Part shown: positions 26,596 through 37,308 of the stretch, piece by piece
Position numbering within the stretch: position 1 is the stretch's first letter
Layout of the letters: every line of letters begins with the position of its first letter
Virus record (IMG/VR): IMGVR_UViG_3300045988_157201
Length of the DNA stretch: 64,000 nt
Source: a virus
Strand: one strand, 5' to 3'
Position numbers and translations under genes: made by a program
Notes under the pieces: generated by a model
What the model was told of the DNA's origin: nothing
Seen by the model: the letters and a program-made list of their open reading frames with translations, nothing else
Databases searched by the model: none

Positions 26596-26919
26596 TTAGT
26601 TTTTATTTCCCTTTGTGAATTTCTTAACAGTGCCATCTTTAAGATTCTCCTTGCTTGATTTTGTTATGATATTATCATTATCATCAACTTCAACAGTCTT
26701 TAAATTCTTAATATCATTTATAACAATATCAGCAAAGGCTTGAGATGTACTTTCACCATTCTGTGGAGAAACTTTAGATTCAGTTTCCTCAAGATACTTT
26801 TTTCCACATTCAAAAGAGCAAACTACACTTCGCCAATTAAATGTACCTGTTGTTGAAATATTAACTCTGCAAGGATTGAACGGTTTAGAACAAATAGGAC
26901 AGGTTTTATACACCTTCAT
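26596..26919 (-). CDS. zinc-ribbon protein
   Basis: 107 aa with CPICSKPFNPC ... CSFECGKKY. Confidence 0.45.
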   Translation of the reverse strand: MKVYKTCPICSKPFNPCRVNISTTGTFNWRSVVCSFECGKKYLEETESKVSPQNGESTSQAFADIVINDIKNLKTVEVDDNDNIITKSSKENLKDGTVKKFTKGNKN

Positions 26920-26931
26920 ATTAATTTCACC

Positions 26932-27735
26932 TTATACTTCAACATAATCAGCAGCATCGTCATTAAAAAACTTCCAACGACCAATAATCTGATTAGCACC
27001 ACATCTTGCTTTGATACACTTGCCTTCAAAACTCTGGTTAGCCTGACCGTCACCAATGGTTGTCTCCATAGTGCCTGTTGGGTCAACAATATAAGCATCG
27101 TACTGCCACATTCTTACTGTGTTACAAGCATCTTCCCATTGACCTGTAACACGAACAGCAATCTTTTCTGATACTTTGTCAGCTCTTCTGTCTACAGAAG
27201 CACCTTCGGCAATCTTCCTTGTATAAGTCACAATCGCCATAGTTCCGTCAGGATGCTCATTTGCCTCAAACTCAATAAAGCCAGCAGTAGAAGTATCCTT
27301 TACAGGTGCAGTATATTTTACAGATTCACCAGCCTTGGCTGCTGTATCAACCTTATATGTTTTGTCACCAACTTTAACAGACTCAATACCATCTAATGGC
27401 ACATATGTAAGTGTTGCCTTATTCTTAGTAATTGCTACCGAATCATCCCAACCAATCTGAATTGAACCATCCTCAACTTCTGTGCCATAGCTGTCAGCAA
27501 GGAGATTTGCACTCACCATACCTGCTGTCCAACTAAGAGTTGTATTAGGATTTCTTTTAAGAACGCCAATGATAGAACCCTTTGAACCTACAAGGTCAGT
27601 GTTGTCCTGACCGTCCTTAACTGAAAACTGTGTAATTTCATCACATCTATACTTGTAAGCACCAAACATAGGTGTAAATACATCAACAGTATCAACACTT
27701 GTAAAAAGGACATCATTAATGTTAAACTTCGCCAT
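26932..27735 (-). CDS. major tail protein (by position)
   Basis: 267-aa ORF, strongly expressed-looking (GGAGG RBS), upstream of the chaperone-position genes and the TMP. Confidence 0.5.
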   Translation of the reverse strand: MAKFNINDVLFTSVDTVDVFTPMFGAYKYRCDEITQFSVKDGQDNTDLVGSKGSIIGVLKRNPNTTLSWTAGMVSANLLADSYGTEVEDGSIQIGWDDSVAITKNKATLTYVPLDGIESVKVGDKTYKVDTAAKAGESVKYTAPVKDTSTAGFIEFEANEHPDGTMAIVTYTRKIAEGASVDRRADKVSEKIAVRVTGQWEDACNTVRMWQYDAYIVDPTGTMETTIGDGQANQSFEGKCIKARCGANQIIGRWKFFNDDAADYVEV

Positions 27736-27791
27736 ATTTACCTCCGTTTAATTATTTTTTATTATTATTTGATTATAAGAAAAGACCAAAA

Positions 27792-28607
27792 TTATTTGTC
27801 AAATTCTAAGACAAAACAAGATTGGTCTTTTGTTGATAATTTTTCACTTAATACATTACCTGTATAAACACCGATAGCAATATTACTTATATGAATATTA
27901 TGCAATATTTGTTTTACCGACAAAGTAAATTCAATGTACTTTATATTCATTACTGTTTCAAAATTGTATTTAAAATCTTTATTATTAACCATTGTAACAA
28001 GATAGGACTCTAAAACACTATATTGTCTTGGATTTTTAGCTTTCTTTTTTAAATCTCTTTTTAATAAAGTGACAGCTCTATCTAAAACATATCTACCGGA
28101 AGCACCGCCAATATCTTCTTTTCTGTCATCTCTTTTTTCGCCAAGAATTTTACGAATAGCTACAGCAATTTTATCCATATCATTTTCTGTAATAATAACT
28201 CTTTGTAAGTTATCAATTATAAAATAATGTTTTTTGCCATTTTCATTATCGGTTGTCATACAAATCTGAATATCAGAAATATTAAAGCCTCTAAAGAACA
28301 TAGAAAAAATATTTGCGTTTCTCTTCTTATTTACGCCAAACAGTTTTATTATTTCTTCATCAGTTCCACAGGATAATATTTTCAACTCATAAAGTGCCTG
28401 AATAAACAAATCATAAAAATTCAATGTTATATAATCAATTTTATTTAGCCATAGTTCTGCCCTGCGAGTGAAAGGCATAGCCGTCAAATGATACGCTAAC
28501 AGAAAATAATCATCTTCGTTTTCATAGACTTCCTTAAAAGTTGGAATGTAAACCTGTACATATTGGTTTATAGTAATCGTATCATTAAGAAAAATTTTAT
28601 TTTGCAT
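27792..28607 (-). CDS. virion morphogenesis-module protein, unassigned
   Basis: 271-aa ORF between the neck genes and the major tail gene. Confidence 0.4.
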   Translation of the reverse strand: MQNKIFLNDTITINQYVQVYIPTFKEVYENEDDYFLLAYHLTAMPFTRRAELWLNKIDYITLNFYDLFIQALYELKILSCGTDEEIIKLFGVNKKRNANIFSMFFRGFNISDIQICMTTDNENGKKHYFIIDNLQRVIITENDMDKIAVAIRKILGEKRDDRKEDIGGASGRYVLDRAVTLLKRDLKKKAKNPRQYSVLESYLVTMVNNKDFKYNFETVMNIKYIEFTLSVKQILHNIHISNIAIGVYTGNVLSEKLSTKDQSCFVLEFDK

Positions 28608-29085
28608 ATGTTAAATTACCTTTATCAGTAATATTATTAAAATCTCTTACCGCATAAGTAAGTTGATAACCGTGATAATCTTGAGTTGCCGTAAAATTAC
28701 CATCGAACTTAACTAAGTTCATTTCACCTAATGCTATTTCATTAGTTCCGTTAAACAGATTATCTATGACAGTTGCGATTAAGGTTGTACGCTTACCTTT
28801 ATCCGTTCTTAACAAACTATCGTGACAAAAAATATAAAAATTTATATACAGCATTTTTTCAGTTTTGCCACCATAAACTTCACCGCTAATACCAAAGCAA
28901 ATATAAGTTTTAGCACTATCGTTAACCTTTGGATAATAAACTTCCGGTCGAATACAATCCCATTTTAATTTATTGCAATCATATTCTATATCACCGTTAT
29001 CAAGTAATCTTTGAACATCCTTGTCCTGACAAAGTTTTTTTAAAATTTGAGCCTCATAAATATTTAAATTATTTAATTTTGCCAA
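28597..29085 (-). CDS. neck/tail-completion protein (by position)
   Basis: 162-aa ORF overlapping the next gene by 11 nt. Confidence 0.4.
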   Translation of the reverse strand: MAKLNNLNIYEAQILKKLCQDKDVQRLLDNGDIEYDCNKLKWDCIRPEVYYPKVNDSAKTYICFGISGEVYGGKTEKMLYINFYIFCHDSLLRTDKGKRTTLIATVIDNLFNGTNEIALGEMNLVKFDGNFTATQDYHGYQLTYAVRDFNNITDKGNLTYAK

Positions 29086-29091
29086 TAATTA

Positions 29092-29889
29092 TCACGCCCA
29101 ATCATCCAATAATTCTTTGTTTTGTTGTGAGATATTAGGATTTTTATATTTATCTCTTAAAACATCTGTTTCTACCTTATTAGCAATGCCATTTTCAATA
29201 TCATCATTGATATACTCCGTCTGACATTCTACAAGTGTCCAAGTGTTTACACCCTTATCATTGAAATTTTTTGTTGTATCATCAGTTTGTGTTATTTTAT
29301 ACGCAGTAGGGTGTTCTTTATTTTTATCCATTAAAATCCTTGTATCACGCTCTACTTTGTTGGTTTCATCATTGCTTTGAATATATATCATATATTGAGC
29401 TGTACCAACCACTGTCTTATTAGCTTCTTTTACACCACTATTGTATTGAGTGGCATTAGTTGAATACACAGGATATTCAAGAACAGTATAATCAGTTTCA
29501 GGGTTAATGATAAATTTTAACGACCAATTACAATAATACATAACTGCTTTTTCATAAAATTTATTGTCATCAACCAATCCTACAACAATCCAATAATTGT
29601 CTTTGTATTTTATGTAGTCACCACTTGTCAATGTGCCAACAGGGCACAGAACTTGTCTTTTCTTTGAACTTTCATCATTATCTGATGTTACTTGCTGAAC
29701 AATTCCCTTAAAAGGAATACCGTTTTCCTGTTTTAAATCAGGTTTGCAAGGGTAATAAAACATATTATTACCCAATGGACTGTTAAGCATATCATCTATG
29801 TATGGAGATTTAAAAAAATCAAAGTCTGTATTCTCATTACCCCCCGTATAAGAGGGTGGAGAGGAGAATTGAGTCCATTCTTTAGCCAT
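29092..29889 (-). CDS. virion morphogenesis-module protein, unassigned
   Basis: Start taken at MAKEWTQF, 5 nt after GGTGGTGA. Confidence 0.4.
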   Translation of the reverse strand: MAKEWTQFSSPPSYTGGNENTDFDFFKSPYIDDMLNSPLGNNMFYYPCKPDLKQENGIPFKGIVQQVTSDNDESSKKRQVLCPVGTLTSGDYIKYKDNYWIVVGLVDDNKFYEKAVMYYCNWSLKFIINPETDYTVLEYPVYSTNATQYNSGVKEANKTVVGTAQYMIYIQSNDETNKVERDTRILMDKNKEHPTAYKITQTDDTTKNFNDKGVNTWTLVECQTEYINDDIENGIANKVETDVLRDKYKNPNISQQNKELLDDWA

Positions 29890-30223
29890 TGTCATCACCA
29901 CCATAAGCCGGCTGTTTTGCTTGGTCTAATTTTAACTCTACTTTTGCTCTTGCATATTTAAGTTCTTCAAATGTCATTTTCTTAGCTGTGCCTGTATCGT
30001 TTAATGATAAATCCTTACCGATAATATTTATTTTCTTGTTTTGTCTATCAAATTCTCTTTCAAGATAATAAACTTTCATAATATCAGCAATTATTCCCAT
30101 AGTTTTAAGAGAAACTTTTTTATTAAAATTTCCTGAATCAGAATCATAGTCTAAGTCACTAACTTCTCTTTCATATTCTGCTATAGCCAATTCAGCCCAT
30201 AATTTAGTTAATCCCTCTGGCAA
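29882..30223 (-). CDS. head-tail connector-size protein
   Basis: 113-aa ORF with a TTG start, in the head-to-tail joining region. Confidence 0.35.
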   Translation of the reverse strand: MPEGLTKLWAELAIAEYEREVSDLDYDSDSGNFNKKVSLKTMGIIADIMKVYYLEREFDRQNKKINIIGKDLSLNDTGTAKKMTFEELKYARAKVELKLDQAKQPAYGGDDNG

Positions 30224-30297
30224 TAATGATATTTCTACATATTTCGTCTCAAAAATATTAATAATTTGTTCTAATGATGTTATAACATCACCGCCAA

Positions 30298-30807
30298 TTA
30301 AAGTTCACCGTTTTCTGCCATTGTTGAAAATTTATAACCCGTCAACTGTTCAATAGCATTTTTTTGAGCAACTGTTGCCTTATCAATTCCTGCTTGAGTT
30401 GCAAGGTCAATAAGTGCTTGCTTATCGCCCTCATTATGAATACACTTCTCAATTTCAGCCTTAAACTTCTTAATATCCTTTAAAGCCAACATCTTTTTAA
30501 CATTATCCAAAGTCAAAGTATCAGTATGTAATTCTTTTGAGTTTGTAATATGAAAGATAGCATTTCTTACAGCTTCATCTTCGATAAAGATACGAGCGTT
30601 AGAACCTTTAGTATCAACACCTGTAAACATTACATTATTCATACCAACCTGATTTTCAACTTCCCGATAAGTTAAGCCATTCCACCTTTTTACACCAGCA
30701 GGAATAACAATGTCAGAACGATTTTCACTATCTCTAAAATGTAAAGCATAATTTCTCAGATTAGTGATGGCAATTCTGCCGTCTGTATTAATTGTGTTAT
30801 TCGTCAT
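30298..30807 (-). CDS. hypothetical structural-module protein
   Basis: 169-aa ORF downstream of the capsid gene. Confidence 0.4.
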   Translation of the reverse strand: MTNNTINTDGRIAITNLRNYALHFRDSENRSDIVIPAGVKRWNGLTYREVENQVGMNNVMFTGVDTKGSNARIFIEDEAVRNAIFHITNSKELHTDTLTLDNVKKMLALKDIKKFKAEIEKCIHNEGDKQALIDLATQAGIDKATVAQKNAIEQLTGYKFSTMAENGEL

Positions 30808-30912
30808 TTTTCATTCCTTTTATTAGATTTATGAGTGAGCCAATTAATTTTTGGCTCACTCATATTAAGTACATTTATTAAAATGTGAGATTATTTCACT
30901 TATACTGAAATA

Positions 30913-32001
30913 TTAATCAGCCTTTGTAACAAGACCAATCTCAAACTCTCTACCCTTAGTAACATCAGCACCAAGTTCCATATCAAATCTTGTGATTACA
31001 GAACCTGTTGAAACATCATTACCTGCCATAGTAGTAAGACCGCCTCGTCTAATAATATCAACAGGAGATGTAATACCCTGCGGCACAAAGTAAATATCAT
31101 CAGTATTAATATATGTCTCAAACGCACTCTTATCAGCAAGTGGCTTAGCAAAGTTATATCCATTTGGAAGTACAATAAGGTTTGAACCCTTATAATCACC
31201 GTTATAGCCCTGCTTTGCAATCTCATCTACCTGTGAATCAGTATAGAACGGGAGAGATGTAGACGCTACACTTTTATAACCATTGAAACCAGAAATGGTG
31301 GCAATATTATTGTAATCCGAAAGAATTGATACCTTACCCATTCTACGAATCTTAGCTACCATATTATCAATGGCAGTCTGAGTAAGATTACCAGAATATT
31401 CCTCATAAAACTTAACACCTGTTGTGTTATTCTTAAGTGCATCCTTTAAAACACCAAGAACATATGTAACACCCTTATTGTGCATAGTAGCCTGAATCTG
31501 CTCAATTTCCTGTGCATTTGTACCAAGGAAATCCTTACTCTCAAACTCACGATAATTATATCTCATACCTGCTGAAATGGTCTGAGTCTTGATAGGATAA
31601 CTAATTTCCTTACGGTCAGCAAACGATACATCTGAACCCTTAGCCTGAATGTCAGCACCAAGATTTTCATATGTCCAAGTATGCTTTACAGGAGTTGCGT
31701 CCATACCAATAGTTTTATAATTACCGAGAAGTGAATAAATCTGCATCTGCTTTACAAGAAGTGGCTCAATACCAATCTTAAAAATAGTATTAAGTTCAGC
31801 TCTTGCGGTAGTGTCACCAGCAGCGGCTCTCGAACCAAGTCTTGACATAAGTTCTACTGTTGAATCAACTTCCTTGCCATACTTTGAAGTATCAAGACCA
31901 CGATGAAGTGCCATATTAATTTCAGCAACACGCTTAATCTTGTTCATATCACGAACTCTTGCTTCTTCTCTATGCTCGTTATTAAGTTCAATCTTATACA
32001 T
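30913..32001 (-). CDS. major capsid protein (by position and size)
   Basis: 362 aa, following the scaffold-like gene and a small accessory gene. GGAGG RBS. Confidence 0.6.
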   Translation of the reverse strand: MYKIELNNEHREEARVRDMNKIKRVAEINMALHRGLDTSKYGKEVDSTVELMSRLGSRAAAGDTTARAELNTIFKIGIEPLLVKQMQIYSLLGNYKTIGMDATPVKHTWTYENLGADIQAKGSDVSFADRKEISYPIKTQTISAGMRYNYREFESKDFLGTNAQEIEQIQATMHNKGVTYVLGVLKDALKNNTTGVKFYEEYSGNLTQTAIDNMVAKIRRMGKVSILSDYNNIATISGFNGYKSVASTSLPFYTDSQVDEIAKQGYNGDYKGSNLIVLPNGYNFAKPLADKSAFETYINTDDIYFVPQGITSPVDIIRRGGLTTMAGNDVSTGSVITRFDMELGADVTKGREFEIGLVTKAD

Positions 32002-32020
32002 ATAATTTCTTACCTCCTAA

Positions 32021-32479
32021 TTAAACATTTACAGAAATTTCAAGACCATTACCTGCATAGTTTGTCTTATTAAGAACCGTGAAGGTAACTGCATAACCAC
32101 TTGCATCCGAAGTCTTTTCAAACTCACCCTTTGCATTAGCAACCAAAGTATCGCCCTTGGAAACACTTGAATACGCTGTTGCAAGAATAGTATCATTAAT
32201 TTCAAGCACTACATCTTTCATAGTTGCTGTGTCAAAAATTCTTGCAAATTCACCAATTGCAATCTTATAGTCATCTGTCGAACCTACAAACTCGACAGGT
32301 TCTCTTTCATTAATAACAAGCCAAAGTGCTTGCTTCGCAGTTGTAGCAGTAGGAAGTGCAATAGTGCCAGCCGCTCTGTCATATGTAACAAGATAACCAT
32401 TCTTGAGTTCAGCGGGAGCTTTTACATTACCTACATTGCGTACAGTCTTAAAGTCGCCAATATTTTTAAACTTTACCAT
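32021..32479 (-). CDS. head accessory/decoration-like protein
   Basis: 152-aa ORF between the scaffold-like and capsid genes. Confidence 0.35.
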   Translation of the reverse strand: MVKFKNIGDFKTVRNVGNVKAPAELKNGYLVTYDRAAGTIALPTATTAKQALWLVINEREPVEFVGSTDDYKIAIGEFARIFDTATMKDVVLEINDTILATAYSSVSKGDTLVANAKGEFEKTSDASGYAVTFTVLNKTNYAGNGLEISVNV

Positions 32480-32494
32480 ATTTATTCCTCCTAA

Positions 32495-33658
32495 TTAACA
32501 CTCAAATAATGAGCTTTCATCATTTTCATTGCCAATATTTGATTCGTCAGGCATTGAAATATCTAAAAATAAGTTTGTGTCAAACGAATTTAGTTCATTT
32601 GATTTTGAATTTTCTTTCTTGATTGAATCAAAACTAAAAGCCTTAGCTTTCATTACAATATCATCAACACTAAAGCCACAACCCTTTGGATTTTCTCTAA
32701 ATGAATTAATTTCAACTTCAATAGCCTTTTTACAATCATCCGAAAAGTCCTTCAACTTTTCATCAAGAGCATTACATTCAGACTTCTTTTCAATTTCAGC
32801 AAGCTGTGTTTCAATTTCGGCTTTACTTGATTTAACCTCATTGATTTCATTAGTAAGAGAAGAAATAGTTTCATCTTTCTCTGTAATAACCTTATTAAGA
32901 CTTTCAACTTTTTCATTAAGTTCAACAATTTTGCTATTAAGTTCAGTTACTTCTTTTGAAGCTTCAATTTCAGCTTTTAAAGAATTTACTTCCCCTGTAA
33001 TCTTATCGCAAACTTCCTTAAACATCTGTTCAACAGTCATATCAGTCTTTCCTCCTTCATCTTTGTTATGTTTTGCGTTAAGCTCTGTAACAATGGCACT
33101 GTCGTCACCTTGTTTTACAAGTTCACCTAACAAATTAAAACCACAATACTTATAAGCAATCGGTACTCTGCCATCACCTACATAATCATTTTTGTATTTG
33201 ATTTCACCACCATTTATAGGAAGTCCAACAATTTCAACGCTTCCATATAAGGTTTTGCCCTCTTTGAATTTTTGACGGTAATTATCTATAAAAGCACCAT
33301 ACCTAATATAATCCAATTTACCATCAGCCATCGCCACTTTTGTAGGCTTACCGTCTATTACAATTTCAGATATATAACCTTTGGAGAAATTACCCACTAC
33401 ACTTGCATCAGCACATTGCAACATACCTTTGCGGTCTTGTGTTCTACCGTGACCCCATATTTCAGTTTTTTCATCATCAATAAATTCCGCAGTAATTGAT
33501 ACTCCCTCAATCTGGCTTAAAGCCTGACTTACATACGGTTCTTGCCAAGATATACCATTATTTTGGTACTCTTCTGATGTTTCAAAGACTTCGTGTAACA
33601 CAAACTTAATAGGAACATAATCAGAAACCTGCTCATTGCTTAATTCGTATATATACAT
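32495..33658 (-). CDS. scaffolding-like protein
   Basis: Start at MYIYELSNEQ after AAGGTGGTG. The C-terminal half is a long heptad-rich coiled coil (KAEIEASKEVTELNSKIVELNEKVESLNKV...). A protease-scaffold fusion cannot be excluded. Confidence 0.5.
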   Translation of the reverse strand: MYIYELSNEQVSDYVPIKFVLHEVFETSEEYQNNGISWQEPYVSQALSQIEGVSITAEFIDDEKTEIWGHGRTQDRKGMLQCADASVVGNFSKGYISEIVIDGKPTKVAMADGKLDYIRYGAFIDNYRQKFKEGKTLYGSVEIVGLPINGGEIKYKNDYVGDGRVPIAYKYCGFNLLGELVKQGDDSAIVTELNAKHNKDEGGKTDMTVEQMFKEVCDKITGEVNSLKAEIEASKEVTELNSKIVELNEKVESLNKVITEKDETISSLTNEINEVKSSKAEIETQLAEIEKKSECNALDEKLKDFSDDCKKAIEVEINSFRENPKGCGFSVDDIVMKAKAFSFDSIKKENSKSNELNSFDTNLFLDISMPDESNIGNENDESSLFEC

Positions 33659-33790
33659 TCGTTTTTTCACCACCTTCTGCATTAGCATAAGTGTATAAAT
33701 GTGTAAAATTTCACTCGCCAATTTTACACATTCAAAAAGAGGTCATCTCAAAACAAGACAACCTCTAATTTAATAAATTATTTATTCACC

Positions 33791-35437
33791 TTAGCCATTT
33801 GGAGAGGGTGAATTATTTGCATTATTATTTTTTGATGTTATAGTATTTTCATTTTCCAAATTCTCAACACTCGGTCTACCAATGTCATTTTTACCTGAAT
33901 TTGTGTACATAGATTGATGAGGTGGGAACAATTCATCAAAGTTTTGTTCTCGCTCATATTTCATAATATCTATATAAACATCAGGCTCAATACCTACCGA
34001 AGCAATTAATGGGGTCATTGCACCACCACAATCAGCATAGAGAGATTTGCATTTATTGAAACACTTATCTCTATTGAATGGTGTGATTGGTAATACATAC
34101 ATACTAACGCAATTTTCAATATCTTTAATTACATTAAAATTGATACACTTATTTAATTCTTCAATATAATCTTCAATAATAGAATATACATCACTTGCTA
34201 CCAACTCAAGATTTAACAAAGCCGTTGCGTAGTTAGAGCCACTTGATTTTGAACCACCATATAATGCTGACGGAGAAAAGCCAAAAGATTCAGCAACATC
34301 ATCTTTTATTGACTTCTCATTCTTTTCGTCAAATAAACTTGTGTCAATAGTCAGTTTATTTATTTGAGTACCTGCCGCCAATGACAAGACAGAAGCTCTC
34401 TGCGTATTAGGTTTCTGACTAACGGCACCTTTTAAGGCTTCGTGCTGTTTAATTTGCTGTTCCTCTGTTAATACGCTTTTTCCTGTACCGTCATTACGCA
34501 TAGGGAATACTTGATATATCAAATTATTATTAATATTTGAGAGAACACCTCTCTTTGTATCAATAAAATAATTAGCATATAAAATTTCATCTAACGAGGT
34601 TAAAGCTAAAGGAACGCCCCATTTATCTCTTAAAGTATTGTTAATAGCCGTATATATTGTTTTACGCCAATCTAATACAACCCAATTTCTGCCATTATTA
34701 CCTGTTTTATCCCAAATATTATAAGCTCTTGAAATTTCTTTTGGCATTGTAAGTAATTGCCTTTTAATTTCATTCTCGGAATAGCAGTCTTTGAAATATT
34801 CTAAATTAAAAGCTATGACAGGTACACCATTATATCGTGAAACTAATTGACAATACTCATTAGGCAAAGAATATATATTTACATCATATTCAGTGTTATT
34901 TTTACTGTTAATTTCACCAATTAGTTGAACATCAACATCACTCATATACTTATTCACACCTAATGCTTTTCTTGGAGTTGCCTCAAAATAATAATAACTT
35001 GTACCACCAATACATACTTTCTTTGTGTTATCCCTAATTTGTTTCTTATATCTTATTTGCTTTAAAACAGCATTGTATTTTTCCTTGTTTTTAAGAAAAC
35101 TCTTTGTGTTACTTTTACCCTTTGGAGAGTGTAATACATAACTCAAATAGTGCATTGAAGCCATTTTGTTAATGCCAGATTTAATTGCACCATTAGTGTT
35201 ATACGCCCATACACCTAATTTATAAGCACTCATTGGATATTGTTGTGGCGAAGAGACAATTGTTTCTACTTGCTTTAAGGAATATCCCAAAGCCGAAGCT
35301 AAAGAATTTCTACAATCTTGGCTACCGCAAAAACCAACAAAACTATAAAATCCGTCAATAAATTCAGCCGAATTTAATTCAGTATTATTGTTCTGCGTTT
35401 CAACAGAAGTGTTAATTTCGTTGTTTCGTTTGAACAA
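33791..35437 (-). CDS. portal protein (by position and size)
   Basis: 548 aa immediately after the large terminase. TTG start at 35437, or ATT at 35449, which is better spaced from GGTGGTGAG. Confidence 0.65.
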   Translation of the reverse strand: MFKRNNEINTSVETQNNNTELNSAEFIDGFYSFVGFCGSQDCRNSLASALGYSLKQVETIVSSPQQYPMSAYKLGVWAYNTNGAIKSGINKMASMHYLSYVLHSPKGKSNTKSFLKNKEKYNAVLKQIRYKKQIRDNTKKVCIGGTSYYYFEATPRKALGVNKYMSDVDVQLIGEINSKNNTEYDVNIYSLPNEYCQLVSRYNGVPVIAFNLEYFKDCYSENEIKRQLLTMPKEISRAYNIWDKTGNNGRNWVVLDWRKTIYTAINNTLRDKWGVPLALTSLDEILYANYFIDTKRGVLSNINNNLIYQVFPMRNDGTGKSVLTEEQQIKQHEALKGAVSQKPNTQRASVLSLAAGTQINKLTIDTSLFDEKNEKSIKDDVAESFGFSPSALYGGSKSSGSNYATALLNLELVASDVYSIIEDYIEELNKCINFNVIKDIENCVSMYVLPITPFNRDKCFNKCKSLYADCGGAMTPLIASVGIEPDVYIDIMKYEREQNFDELFPPHQSMYTNSGKNDIGRPSVENLENENTITSKNNNANNSPSPNG

Positions 35438-35472
35438 TTTATCAAAAATTCCTATAATCTCACCACCATTCT

Positions 35473-37308
35473 TTAATTACACAAAGGAACATAATTGTTT
35501 ACAGAAGTTCCTCCTGCCAACTCATAATCAGACTTTCTTCTCAAATGATATAAAAAATGACCTAACATAATGAAAGTATAGAAACGGTCATCGTGCATTT
35601 TGTTTTCTTTATCTTTTGGGAGTGCATATATAACATTTTTACTTGAATTATTCGTAAAACGATGAATTGAAGTAATTTCACTTTTTAAAGCATCAATGTT
35701 TAAAAGTGCATTTTCTTGCTCATCAGTAAGAGAAATATCTTTATAAATTTCTTCGTTTTCTTTGTTTTCATCATTTTCATAAATTCTTATACTGCCATTA
35801 CCACTATATTCTTTAGGAAATTTTATTAAATCCATTGATAACATTTCAAGCGTTTCTTCGACCATAATGCGTTTCATTGCACGAGGGTCAATGAGTTCAA
35901 CTTTATCTAAAGCGTTTGGATAAAGCTCATCATAATTTTCATACAATTTATAATCCCGGTCTATTAATCCCTTGTGTTTCTTTCCAGACTTATCTTCCCA
36001 ATCTCGCAACAGGCGGTCGCCATATTGCTGACCGCCACCGCCAGCACCAGAGTCAATTAGCAATTTATAAACAAATTCATAATCAGGAGCATTACCATTA
36101 TAATCAACCAACATTTGCCTGATTATTTCAATCTGTTTATTTGAATCAAGTTTATATCCGTGCTTATTACCAATATCTACCAAATTTACACAATTAACAA
36201 TTCGACCATAATATCCGATTTCATCATCAAAACAAATTTCCATTACAGTAACGACACTGTTATCTATTGTTCTTGCCGGGTCAAATGCAAGAACATACAT
36301 ATGTTTACCTTCCCTAAACAAGACAGGAAATTCAAATATTGAATTTCTTACAACGGTTCCCATTTTGATTATTTGATTCACACCGCCATCAACAATTGGT
36401 TGATTATAATACTCTCTTAATGCCTTTATACGATTAACTTTTAATGCCGCCTCTACTTTGTCCATAGTCAACAAAGGAGTCCATTTTTGCCCCTCTATAT
36501 AAACTTCTATAGCAGTTGTACAATCCATATCACAACAGAAATAATTTCTATCTCCGGCAATCATCCGCTTTGCAAATTCCTTATAATGCTTATAGAAAAT
36601 TGTTGTTGTATCATTCTGTGAAGAAGCATAGACCAACTGTGTAGGGCATTGTCTTTTTTCAATTTTAGGCGAATATGTATCTTGTGTAGATGTTTTAAAA
36701 TCTGTATTCTGAGTTGCAAAGGCTTCGCAGACAGCTATCAGTTCATCGTTACAAAAAGCAGCTTCATCAAAAAATACAAGTGTTGCACGCCTACTTCTTG
36801 TGTTATCTGGCTTTGAGTTAAGTGTACAAATCTGACTGCCATTAAAAAATTCAACGGAATATCCACTTGAAAGATGAGAAAAACCTGTTTGTGACGGAGG
36901 CTTGATAACAATTTCATTCTTTACAATAGGCTTTAAACTTTTTATCGAATTAGCTGTTTTGCCTGTATTGAGAATAATCTCCTCAATCTTTGAAAATGTT
37001 TCTTTTGCCTGTCCGCCAACAGACGATATAATATAAATAGACTGATTCTCATAAAGAATAGCTTTTAAAATTATAAATATTGAACCAAGGAATGATTTGC
37101 CAAAGTTTCGACTGCAGCACCAAACAGAGTGACCTGCGTTCCAAGCAGATTGTAAAATATATTTTTGGCTATCAAGTAGCTTAATGCCTAATAAATCTTC
37201 GCAAGCAATACAAGGATTCTTTCTGTAAAACTCAATCATCTTGGCATCAAGTTCAGCAATTCTGCGTTTTCTCTCAGTCATAATCAGTCTGGTTTTACTC
37301 TGAATCAT
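35473..37308 (-). CDS. terminase large subunit
   Basis: 611 aa. Walker A-like SRNFGKSF, Walker B LVFFDEAAF, C-terminal nuclease-size domain. Overlaps the upstream gene. Confidence 0.8.
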   Translation of the reverse strand: MIQSKTRLIMTERKRRIAELDAKMIEFYRKNPCIACEDLLGIKLLDSQKYILQSAWNAGHSVWCCSRNFGKSFLGSIFIILKAILYENQSIYIISSVGGQAKETFSKIEEIILNTGKTANSIKSLKPIVKNEIVIKPPSQTGFSHLSSGYSVEFFNGSQICTLNSKPDNTRSRRATLVFFDEAAFCNDELIAVCEAFATQNTDFKTSTQDTYSPKIEKRQCPTQLVYASSQNDTTTIFYKHYKEFAKRMIAGDRNYFCCDMDCTTAIEVYIEGQKWTPLLTMDKVEAALKVNRIKALREYYNQPIVDGGVNQIIKMGTVVRNSIFEFPVLFREGKHMYVLAFDPARTIDNSVVTVMEICFDDEIGYYGRIVNCVNLVDIGNKHGYKLDSNKQIEIIRQMLVDYNGNAPDYEFVYKLLIDSGAGGGGQQYGDRLLRDWEDKSGKKHKGLIDRDYKLYENYDELYPNALDKVELIDPRAMKRIMVEETLEMLSMDLIKFPKEYSGNGSIRIYENDENKENEEIYKDISLTDEQENALLNIDALKSEITSIHRFTNNSSKNVIYALPKDKENKMHDDRFYTFIMLGHFLYHLRRKSDYELAGGTSVNNYVPLCN

